A stretch of 64,000 nucleotides of DNA from IMG/VR virus record IMGVR_UViG_3300039191_000589, positions 32,001 to 96,000 of that record; one strand, given 5' to 3'. Within the stretch, counting starts at the first letter, position 1. Every line of letters begins with the position of its first letter. Positions 30,468 to 38,537 of the stretch are shown piece after piece. The notes below the pieces were generated by a model. That model did no database searches and was not told the origin of the DNA. It was given only the letters and a program-made list of their open reading frames with translations. The stretch comes from a virus. The position numbers and the translations under genes are program-made.

Positions 30468-31469
30468 ATGAAGAATAAAAAATTGGGTATTAAAGTTATT
30501 GATAAAATTAATAATGATCAAAAAACATCAACGAAAAAAAATGGATATAAAATAAAACTTTCCAACAATTCTCGGCTAAAGAAAAAGGAAAGTAAACAAG
30601 AATATGTTGATGATATTCAAACTCAAGTTTCTCCTTTAAGCCCACAAATATCTAAAAATGAACAAAATAAAGATCAAAAAGATAAAGAGGTTAGTAAGGA
30701 TGAAATTGAAGAAATTAAAACAAAAAGAAAAGTTAATCAATTAAAACAAGAACAAAATAAAAAGCAATCAGATAAATTAAAAGGTGATTTAGCCGATGAA
30801 TTAATTGATATTGCCGTTATGAAAGATATGATTGCCGAAGAAGATGTTGAAATAGAAAAACAAAAAATAATTGCAATGAATGATGAAGAATATAAGAAAT
30901 ATAAAGAAAAAGTTGTAAATTATGAAGTTAATGGAGAAGTAACTAGTAAGGAAGATGAGTTTGAAGATAAAGAAGAATTAAGTGAGGCTGAAAAAATGCT
31001 ACAAAGAGTTAAAGGAACTGGAGGAAATATTGGAGATTTTTCTAAAGGTCCATCAAAATCATCAATGCCATCTCCTTCATCAATGCCTCAGCAATCACAA
31101 TCTAATGATAATAATAAAAGATCATTAAGTGAAGCAAAAAATAAAAATTTAAGTAATAGTATTACATTTGATAATCAACAAGCTCCTCCTTCTTTTAAGG
31201 ATGGGGTTGCTGCAAATTTATCAAAACAATTTAACCAACAAAACAATCAAACATCTAACCAACAAAGTAATCAAATGTCTAACCAGCAAAAAACTGCTAA
31301 TAAACAAACAAAAGAAGCTAAAAAAGAGTTACCTGGATTTGAAGATTTACAGGGATTAACTAAACCATTACAAATCTCTGATAAATCATCATCTAAATAT
31401 CCATCAAATAGTAATATTAAACAATTAATTGAAAATTTAGATTGGACAACAATGTCTAAAGTTCATTAA
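30468..31469 (+). CDS. Putative scaffold protein
   Basis: Charged, low-complexity, upstream of capsid genes; C-terminal NLDWT resembles the protease C-terminal NLPWT. Confidence 0.5.
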   Translation: MKNKKLGIKVIDKINNDQKTSTKKNGYKIKLSNNSRLKKKESKQEYVDDIQTQVSPLSPQISKNEQNKDQKDKEVSKDEIEEIKTKRKVNQLKQEQNKKQSDKLKGDLADELIDIAVMKDMIAEEDVEIEKQKIIAMNDEEYKKYKEKVVNYEVNGEVTSKEDEFEDKEELSEAEKMLQRVKGTGGNIGDFSKGPSKSSMPSPSSMPQQSQSNDNNKRSLSEAKNKNLSNSITFDNQQAPPSFKDGVAANLSKQFNQQNNQTSNQQSNQMSNQQKTANKQTKEAKKELPGFEDLQGLTKPLQISDKSSSKYPSNSNIKQLIENLDWTTMSKVH

Positions 31470-31600
31470 AATTTTAAAAAAACTGTTATATTTAGTTTTA
31501 AAAATAGTATATAATAATTGAAATGATATTTTGTTGCAATAGTTGTAAATCAGCAACATAAAAAAATATAAATATATTTTCATTTGGAGGTGCAAATTAA

Positions 31601-32113
31601 ATGGCTGGAGGACACAAAGAGTTTGGACCAACTTATAATACTACTACGTGGGTCCGATTAGGAATTGAAGGAGATTTAAATGGTAATCATCCTGTAGATG
31701 TTACTGAAGCTCAAAATGTAGATGGAGAATTAGCTGGAAAATTTGCTGCAATAGGTGCTAATGGAGTTAAGCTTGGAACAGATGGTGGAACTGATGTAGT
31801 TGGATTATATAGAGAAGATTTAGGAGATATGATGAGTGCTTCTGAGAAAGCTACTTTTTATTTCCGCGGTGGAGAATATTATGTTTCTGAGCATAGATTA
31901 GGAACTGCTTTAGCAGATTTCTCTGAAGGTGATGAAATTACTAGTAATGCTAATGGAGAAATTATTCCAGTTGGACAATCTGCTGCTGCAACACCTAAAG
32001 TACTTGGTACTGTTGTTCACGCTGGCGAATATGATTCTGGTAATATGTATGAACATGTTGCACCAGGCAATTTAGAAGGCGGAAGTTATTTAGGCTTTAT
32101 TATGCATGTTTAA
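31601..32113 (+). CDS. Capsid decoration/cement-like protein
   Basis: Gly-rich beta-type protein directly upstream of the major capsid gene, same TTTGGAGGTGCAA SD context. Confidence 0.65.
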   Translation: MAGGHKEFGPTYNTTTWVRLGIEGDLNGNHPVDVTEAQNVDGELAGKFAAIGANGVKLGTDGGTDVVGLYREDLGDMMSASEKATFYFRGGEYYVSEHRLGTALADFSEGDEITSNANGEIIPVGQSAAATPKVLGTVVHAGEYDSGNMYEHVAPGNLEGGSYLGFIMHV

Positions 32114-32162
32114 TCAAACAAAATTATATTAAAATAATGAAAATCTTTTGGAGGTGCAATAA

Positions 32163-33101
32163 ATGAATCTTGACAAAACTGCATTAACGAATAGTAATGC
32201 ATTTAGTAATATAGCTAATGGAGATGGTGGTGCTGCTCAAGGTGGCGGCGAAGGAATGTCGGATGAACAAAAAGAATATTTAATTGCAAAGGCGTTAGAA
32301 ACTGAAGAAGGACGAAGTGCTTTAGCACAAGCAATGGCTAATCCAATTAGAACTTCTTTGGATTATCAAGGTGTAGGAAGAAAATTATTAGTGGTAGATC
32401 CATTACCACAAGGTGCACTACCTGTTTATGATAAAGATGTAGATGCAAAAGCATTTACAATTAGTAAACGTGGTAAAGCTCCTGATCAAATTATTGAAGG
32501 AGACAGAATTCAAGTACCAACTTTTGAAGTTGTTTCTTATCCACAAGTTAGATTTAGTCAAGTTAAAGAAAGACGATTTAATGTTATTGATCGTGCTCAA
32601 CAACGTGCTAAATCTGATATTATGGCTGTTGAAGATGAAAACATCTTTAATTTAATTGATTCTGCAGCTACTTCTGTTAATCCTAAAACAGTTTCAACAG
32701 GTGGATTAACAAGAGACGCTTTAACTCAAGCATTTAAAGAAATTGAAAAGCATGATTTAGTAGTTACTAAGATTGTAATGAATGCTACTACATTTGCTGA
32801 TATTAGAGCTTGGGGACGAGACGAATTTGATCCAGTTACTCAACATGAAGTATTACAAACTGGTTTATTCGGACATATCTGGACTGCTGATATTTTAATT
32901 AGTAAGAAAGTTCCTCAAGATACAGTTTACGTATTAGCTGATCCTGAATTTGTTGGGGTAATGCCTATTCGTCAAGATATTCAAGTTATTCCTGCTGATA
33001 AACCTGAAGAATTACGACTTGGTTGGGTTATTTATGAGGAAATTGGATTATCTGTTGTTAATGGTATGGCTGTTGCAAAGATTGAAATAACTAATACTTA
33101 A
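32163..33101 (+). CDS. Major capsid protein (HK97-fold)
   Basis: LAQAMANPIR..LDYQGVGRKLLVVDPLPQG, EDENIFNLID, IVMN, terminal GWVIYEEIGLSVVN..AVAKI; strong SD; followed by terminator. Confidence 0.85.
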   Translation: MNLDKTALTNSNAFSNIANGDGGAAQGGGEGMSDEQKEYLIAKALETEEGRSALAQAMANPIRTSLDYQGVGRKLLVVDPLPQGALPVYDKDVDAKAFTISKRGKAPDQIIEGDRIQVPTFEVVSYPQVRFSQVKERRFNVIDRAQQRAKSDIMAVEDENIFNLIDSAATSVNPKTVSTGGLTRDALTQAFKEIEKHDLVVTKIVMNATTFADIRAWGRDEFDPVTQHEVLQTGLFGHIWTADILISKKVPQDTVYVLADPEFVGVMPIRQDIQVIPADKPEELRLGWVIYEEIGLSVVNGMAVAKIEITNT

Positions 33102-33170
33102 TAAATAATTATTATATTTTAAAATTATATTATATCGGATTAATATTTATATTATATATTATATTATATC

Positions 33171-33200
33171 TAAAGGATGGGGGTTATACCTCATCCTTTA
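33171..33200 (+). terminator. Intrinsic terminator after capsid operon
   Basis: TAAAGGATGGGG-GTTATA-CCTCATCCTTTA (one G-U pair). Confidence 0.75.
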
Positions 33201-33220
33201 ATTAGTATAGGGGGAGTATA

Positions 33221-33646
33221 ATGAAAAGGTTAATAAAAAAATCATTATTAGATGATGATATTGAACCAGATTTTAATTTTGATCCTGAAAATTTGGATTT
33301 TAAAGAATACTTAATTAATTTAGATGGGATAATAGAGGATGAAAGAGATAGTGCTATTACTTATATTGATGGTGAGTTTTTTGAAGGGAATAGTCATGGA
33401 TATGGTATTAATCAATATTTTGATAATAATAAAAGTTTTTTAGAAAATTATCAGGAATTAGAAAATAACCATGAAATAGCATATTTAAATAAATTTACTC
33501 ATAATAATAAAATATACATTGTTATTGATTCAAATACATTTGATATGAATTTAAATAAATTACTTAAAGAAATAAAAAAAGAATATACTAATATAGAAGA
33601 AATATATCAAGCAAATTCTAGTAGAACAAACTTTAAAAAATTATAA
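33221..33646 (+). CDS. MKRLIKKS-leader protein, 'RDSAITYIDGE' paralog family
   Basis: Shares RDxAxTYxDGE...H and IYI...IK.EY with 8326 and 11629. Confidence 0.75.
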   Translation: MKRLIKKSLLDDDIEPDFNFDPENLDFKEYLINLDGIIEDERDSAITYIDGEFFEGNSHGYGINQYFDNNKSFLENYQELENNHEIAYLNKFTHNNKIYIVIDSNTFDMNLNKLLKEIKKEYTNIEEIYQANSSRTNFKKL

Positions 33647-33670
33647 TTAAATAAAAATAAAATAATAAAA

Positions 33671-33706
33671 AATGACCACTTACATAGGTGGTTATTTTTT
33701 ATTTTT
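33671..33706 (+). terminator. Intrinsic terminator
   Basis: AATGACCACTTA-CA-TAGGTGGTTATT plus T-run. Confidence 0.7.
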
Positions 33707-33848
33707 AATGGTATTATTAATTTTAATATGTTAATATTTAAGTTATATTTAATATTTGAAAAAGAAAATTAAATAAATAGAATATTTTTTTTTATTATTC
33801 TATATGTAAAAGAGTTAAAAATTCTTAAAAAGGAGGGAATAAAATTAA

Positions 33849-34904
33849 ATGAGATTAGTATCCATTAATTCTTTAAAACCAGATATGGAACTGGCTGAGC
33901 CTATCAAGAGTAATGGTAGGAGGTTATTAAGTGCTGGATGTAGTAATTTAAATAGATATAAAGATAGACTGGAAAATTTAGGAATACATTATGTTTATAT
34001 TGATGATGAAATATCAAAAGATATTGAAGTTAATAGTGTTATAAATAATAAAACTAAAGATGAAAGTAAAAAAATGATAAAAGAAACTTTTAAAAATGTT
34101 TCTATTGGTAAAAAAATGGATAGCCAAGCTGTAAAAGATGGAGTTACAAATATGGTAAAAGATATATTCAATAATGATGAGGTTTTAGCTAATCTAATTG
34201 ATCTTAAAAATGATAATGATTATACTTTTGGACATTCAATTAATGTAGGAGCTATTTCATTAGTAATTGGAAAGGCATTAGGATATAATCGTAAAAAACT
34301 AATTAAATTAGGTACAGGTGCTTGTTTACATGATATAGGGAAAACCAAAATTCCTGATGAGATATTAAATAAACCAGGTAAATTAACTGATAAAGAATAT
34401 GAAATAATGAAACAACATCCTAAATTAGGATATGATATTTTAAAAAAATATCCTAATACTACAGCAACTTCTTTAGCTGCTGTAGTAGGACATCATGAAA
34501 AAGTAAATGGAAAGGGCTATCCACAAAATAAAGAGGGGAATGACATATATGTATATGGAAGAATAGTGGCGATTGCCGACGTTTTTGACGCATTAACTAG
34601 TGACAGATGTTATCGTGATCGATGGCCAGTTCATAAAGCATTAGATTTAATTATTTCCGAAGCAGGTGAACACTTTGATTCTAAATTGGTAGAAACTTTT
34701 ATTAGGAATGTTGCAGCTTATCCTAATGGAACAATAGTACAATTAAGTAATGGCTATAAAGCAATAGTAAAGAAACAAAATAAAAATTTCCCACAACGGC
34801 CTATAGTTAAAATATTAGAAGATAACAATGGCAATAAAAAATCTAAAGAGATTAATTTAATGAATGCTTTAGATATAACAATCGTAGATACAAAAAATGT
34901 ATAA
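33849..34904 (+). CDS. HD-GYP cyclic dinucleotide phosphodiesterase
   Basis: YTFGHSINV, LHDIGK, HHEKVNGKGYP, IADVFDALTSDRCYR, N-terminal MRLVSINSLKP typical of Firmicute HD-GYP proteins. Confidence 0.93.
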   Translation: MRLVSINSLKPDMELAEPIKSNGRRLLSAGCSNLNRYKDRLENLGIHYVYIDDEISKDIEVNSVINNKTKDESKKMIKETFKNVSIGKKMDSQAVKDGVTNMVKDIFNNDEVLANLIDLKNDNDYTFGHSINVGAISLVIGKALGYNRKKLIKLGTGACLHDIGKTKIPDEILNKPGKLTDKEYEIMKQHPKLGYDILKKYPNTTATSLAAVVGHHEKVNGKGYPQNKEGNDIYVYGRIVAIADVFDALTSDRCYRDRWPVHKALDLIISEAGEHFDSKLVETFIRNVAAYPNGTIVQLSNGYKAIVKKQNKNFPQRPIVKILEDNNGNKKSKEINLMNALDITIVDTKNV

Positions 34905-34980
34905 AAAAAATTAAAAAAATGACATTTTTTTAATATTATCTATATATAAAGTAGTAACAATAAGAAGGGAGGAGAATGAT

Positions 34981-35382
34981 GTGGTTGATAATGAAAAAAT
35001 AATATCAGAACTTAATAAGATTATAAGGCCTTTAAGTAGAAATGTTTCTAGTAAAGAAAAAAGTAATATTAAAACTATTATTCAATTATGTTTAAGATAT
35101 AATTTTAAATACCAATTTGTTTCAAATTATGCTTTTATTTATTCAATTATTGATCAATGGTATTTTGATTATACTAACAATCAAGTAGTTAAATTATTTC
35201 ATAAAAATAAATTTCACTCTATTAATCAATATCATTTTCAAAAAAAATTTTCTAATATAAAACAAACTATTAAATATATTAAACAACATGATGATTTTTA
35301 TTATACCCCTAATCAACACAATAAACACGATAAAATTTATAAAAAAATTACTCAAGCAAATAAAAAAATTAAAAAGAAGTAA
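34981..35382 (+). CDS. Hypothetical basic protein
   Basis: GGAGG SD. Confidence 0.65.
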   Translation: MVDNEKIISELNKIIRPLSRNVSSKEKSNIKTIIQLCLRYNFKYQFVSNYAFIYSIIDQWYFDYTNNQVVKLFHKNKFHSINQYHFQKKFSNIKQTIKYIKQHDDFYYTPNQHNKHDKIYKKITQANKKIKKK

Positions 35383-35388
35383 TTTTTT

Positions 35389-35428
35389 TGTTAAAAACAA
35401 TTTTTTATTTTTTTTATATAATTATAAG
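35389..35428 (+). promoter_or_regulatory. TGTTAAAAA-motif putative promoter
   Basis: Recurrent intergenic motif upstream of the dUTPase gene. Confidence 0.5.
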
Positions 35429-35463
35429 TAAACAATCAACAATAAAATGAAAGGATTGATAAT

Positions 35464-36297
35464 ATGAGTCAACTAAAACAACAAGCTGAACAACGTTATA
35501 AGATGGATGCTAATTGCCCTTATCATGAAGCAAAATGTAATATGGAGGATTGTGAATGTGCAAAATATAAAGCATATAAAAAAATAAATGAACCTGGAGT
35601 AATTGAAGAAACTTTAAAAGAGATTGGATTTAATGTAAAAGATGAAAATTGGAATTCATGGGATTTATTAATGGGAATGCAAAAGAATTTTGCAAGTAAA
35701 TTTCATAAAGTTGATAATTTTTCTGTTGATGAAATAGACCATTGGGTTGATAAATACTTAGTCTGCATTGAGGACGAAATTAGAGAAGTTAGAGAACATA
35801 TTGATATTGTTCATAATAAGAAAAAAGAAAATTTAAAAGAACTACAAAAAGAAATTATTGATATTCTTCATTTTTTAATGGATTTATATATAGTAGGTGA
35901 AGCAACTTCAAGTGATATTAAAAGAGCATACTTAGATTTATATGCGTCTGAAGTTAAAGATATTGATGATCTAATTAAATTTGCTTGGAATAATCAAGAA
36001 TTTGAATTAAAACATAAATTACATTATGATTATAAGGATAATTTTGATTTAGCTATGTTAGATTTAAGTAGTACATTATTAGATTATAATGGATTAGTAC
36101 GACAACATATTTCTTGGAAACATTGGAAACAACCATCTGATGAAATTGATAAAAAATCATTATATAAAGCTTTTGCTAAAACTTTCAAATCATTAATTGA
36201 TTTATTTTTATTGGTTTTAGATAGCCCTGATGAAATTAAAGATATTTATGTTACTAAAAATATTGAAAATATTTGGCGGCAAAAATTCGATTATTAA
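35464..36297 (+). CDS. Dimeric-type (all-alpha) dUTPase / NTP pyrophosphatase with duplicated architecture
   Basis: DEIRE, KEIIDILHF, WKHWK, YVTKNIENIWRQKFDY motifs. Confidence 0.8.
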   Translation: MSQLKQQAEQRYKMDANCPYHEAKCNMEDCECAKYKAYKKINEPGVIEETLKEIGFNVKDENWNSWDLLMGMQKNFASKFHKVDNFSVDEIDHWVDKYLVCIEDEIREVREHIDIVHNKKKENLKELQKEIIDILHFLMDLYIVGEATSSDIKRAYLDLYASEVKDIDDLIKFAWNNQEFELKHKLHYDYKDNFDLAMLDLSSTLLDYNGLVRQHISWKHWKQPSDEIDKKSLYKAFAKTFKSLIDLFLLVLDSPDEIKDIYVTKNIENIWRQKFDY

Positions 36298-36302
36298 ATA
36301 TG

Positions 36303-36334
36303 TAAGGGGGCCATTAAGGCTCCTTATTTTTTTT
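36303..36334 (+). terminator. Intrinsic terminator
   Basis: TAAGGGGGCC-ATTAA-GGCTCCTTA (imperfect stem) plus T-run. Confidence 0.75.
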
Positions 36335-36375
36335 GTTAAAAAATAATAATATTTTTATTTATATTTAAATATAAA
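36334..36375 (+). promoter_or_regulatory. TGTTAAAAA-motif putative promoter
   Basis: Directly after terminator, upstream of the DinG-like helicase. Confidence 0.5.
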
Positions 36376-36398
36376 CCTATTTAATAAAGGAGGATAAA

Positions 36399-38042
36399 AT
36401 GTTAAAATTAAATAAATTTCCTTATCCTGAAATGAGGGATATACAAAAAACTACATTGAAAAAATTAAAAGATAATTGGGATGATTATCGTTATTTTGTT
36501 TTAGAATTACCAACAGGAGCAGGTAAATCAGCTATTGGTAAAACAATCTGTGGATCATATAATAATGGTTTTCTTATTACTGCAACTAAACAATTACAAG
36601 ATCAATATATTAATGATTTTGGCCATTTAGGAGATATTAAATCAATTAAAGGAAAAGCAAATTATGTTTGTAATTATAATCCCGATTTAAATTGTGAAAT
36701 TGGACCATGTGAGGTGGATGATTCTCTTAAAAAAGAGTGTAAGAAATATAATCGTTGTGAATATTATAAAGCTAGAGATGCTGCTTTACAGGCTAATGCC
36801 GCTTTAACTTCTTATCAATATTTTCTACGGGCTACTGAGTGTGCTGGATTTTGGAAGCCAAGAAATGTAGTTGTATTTGATGAATGTCATTTATTAGAGC
36901 AACAAATAGTGCAATGGGCTGAAATTGAAATTAAACCAAGAGAATTAGATGAAAAATTTAGCATTTTTGATGGAATGAATTTCTCTAAAATGACCTCATT
37001 AAGTATACCACCTGAAGAAGCTGGTTATCAAGAAAATAAACGTTGGATTAAAGACATATATACATTAATTAAAAAAAGAAGAAAAGAAATTGAACGAGAA
37101 ATTAAAGCTACAATGAGTAATTCTGAATTAAATCAAATGAATCAAGATGAAATTGATGAAGTATTATTATATCATGAAGATTATTATGAAATTGATAAAC
37201 TTTATAAACGATTAGATGTATTTTTTAATACTCGTGATTGTGATTGGATAATTGAACCTGAAGATGATGGATTAGTTATTACTCCAATTAAAGTTAATGA
37301 ATTATTTCAAAAATTTGTAGATAAACAAGCAATTGATAAAATTATTTTTATGTCAGCAACAGTTATTGATCTTCCGGGGTTTTGCAAGGAATTAGGATTA
37401 TCTAAAGAACAAACTGGATTAATACAAATGGATCCTATTTTCCCACCTAAAAAATCACCTATTGTATATTACCCAACAGGAAAAATGAATTATAAACAAT
37501 TAAACAAAACTATTCCAAAAATAAATAATAATGTAGAAAAGATATTAAAATATCATAAAGATCAAAAAGGCATTATCCATACAGGCAATTATAGGATTGC
37601 TAGAGCCATTTGTAATGATGTTAATAGTAATAGGTTAATAATGAAACAAGATGATGAGAGCAATGAACAGTTGCTTTCTAGACACATTAATTCTAATGAT
37701 CCAACAGTGTTAGTATCACCATCATTATATACTGGTGCCGATCTAAAAGAAGAACTTAGTAGATTTCAAATAGCTGTTAAATTACCTTGGAGTTCTTTAA
37801 AAGATAAAAGAGTTAAGGCAAAATTAGATAATAATAATAATAGTTGGTATGCTGCTCAAATGTTTAGATCTTTTATACAATCTTGTGGACGTAGTACTAG
37901 ATCTCATAATGATTGGTCAACAACTTATGTTTTAGATAGTAGTTTTAAATATTGGATTAACAGATATAAAAAATGGTTTTCTCAAAAATTTTTAGAGAGA
38001 ATAGTATGGAATAAGGATAATTTTTTAAATAAAAAGGAGTGA
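36399..38042 (+). CDS. DinG/XPD-family SF2 helicase with Fe-S cysteine cluster
   Basis: LPTGAGKS, KGKANYVC plus Cys cluster, VFDECH, MSAT, QSCGRSTRSHND. Confidence 0.9.
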   Translation: MLKLNKFPYPEMRDIQKTTLKKLKDNWDDYRYFVLELPTGAGKSAIGKTICGSYNNGFLITATKQLQDQYINDFGHLGDIKSIKGKANYVCNYNPDLNCEIGPCEVDDSLKKECKKYNRCEYYKARDAALQANAALTSYQYFLRATECAGFWKPRNVVVFDECHLLEQQIVQWAEIEIKPRELDEKFSIFDGMNFSKMTSLSIPPEEAGYQENKRWIKDIYTLIKKRRKEIEREIKATMSNSELNQMNQDEIDEVLLYHEDYYEIDKLYKRLDVFFNTRDCDWIIEPEDDGLVITPIKVNELFQKFVDKQAIDKIIFMSATVIDLPGFCKELGLSKEQTGLIQMDPIFPPKKSPIVYYPTGKMNYKQLNKTIPKINNNVEKILKYHKDQKGIIHTGNYRIARAICNDVNSNRLIMKQDDESNEQLLSRHINSNDPTVLVSPSLYTGADLKEELSRFQIAVKLPWSSLKDKRVKAKLDNNNNSWYAAQMFRSFIQSCGRSTRSHNDWSTTYVLDSSFKYWINRYKKWFSQKFLERIVWNKDNFLNKKE

Positions 38043-38290
38043 TTATAATTCATTGTAAAACCTTAAGAGAATTAAAAGAATGGAAAAGGGATATTAAGGA
38101 TAAAATTGAAGAGTTTGATTTTGATAATTATAATACTAGAGTAAAATTACAAAGTCAATTATTATCTATTAAAAATGCTATAAGTAAAATTGAAATAAAA
38201 AAAGAAAGTAAAAAAGCTAAAATACAAACTTTACAAAGATTAATCTTGGGTTTAATAATACTTGGTTATTTATGGTATGCTTTAGAATAA
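38039..38290 (+). CDS. Small protein with C-terminal transmembrane helix
   Basis: LILGLIILGYLWYAL tail; AAGGAG SD. Confidence 0.6.
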   Translation: MIIIHCKTLRELKEWKRDIKDKIEEFDFDNYNTRVKLQSQLLSIKNAISKIEIKKESKKAKIQTLQRLILGLIILGYLWYALE

Positions 38291-38292
38291 AA

Positions 38293-38346
38293 TAGAGCTT
38301 GCTCTAGAGGTTAAATCGACAGCTTGTCTGGAGATTTAACCTCTAG
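38293..38346. other. Long stem-loop with overlapping alternative hairpin
   Basis: Perfect 14-bp inverted repeat CTAGAGGTTAAATC/GATTTAACCTCTAG (38304-38317, 38333-38346); overlapping TAGAGC-TT-GCTCTA. Confidence 0.8.
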
Positions 38347-38373
38347 TTTAATCCTTAAATTAATTAAATTTTT

Positions 38374-38414
38374 TGTTAAAAAAATCATTTCTTTTATATA
38401 TTTATTATAGTATA
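38374..38414 (+). promoter_or_regulatory. TGTTAAAAA-motif putative promoter
   Basis: Recurrent motif upstream of pcrA. Confidence 0.45.
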
Positions 38415-38468
38415 TTTATGGCTGCACTTTTTGAATCATAAGAAAATAAAATTATTTTAAAAATATTA

Positions 38469-38497
38469 TTTACAACATACTAAATTTATGATATAAT
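38469..38497 (+). promoter_or_regulatory. Sigma-A-type promoter with extended -10
   Basis: TTTACA-17 nt-TATAAT with TG. Confidence 0.75.
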
Positions 38498-38537
38498 ATA
38501 AATACAAGGTAAGATAATAAAAGAGGGGGTAGGTAAT

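Noticed and set aside
32163-33101. Encapsulin shell protein instead of a phage capsid
   Set aside because: Terminase, portal and prohead protease genes nearby indicate a virion capsid
33101-33170. Origin-like ATATT repeats after the capsid gene
   Set aside because: Indistinguishable by eye from AT-rich low-complexity background
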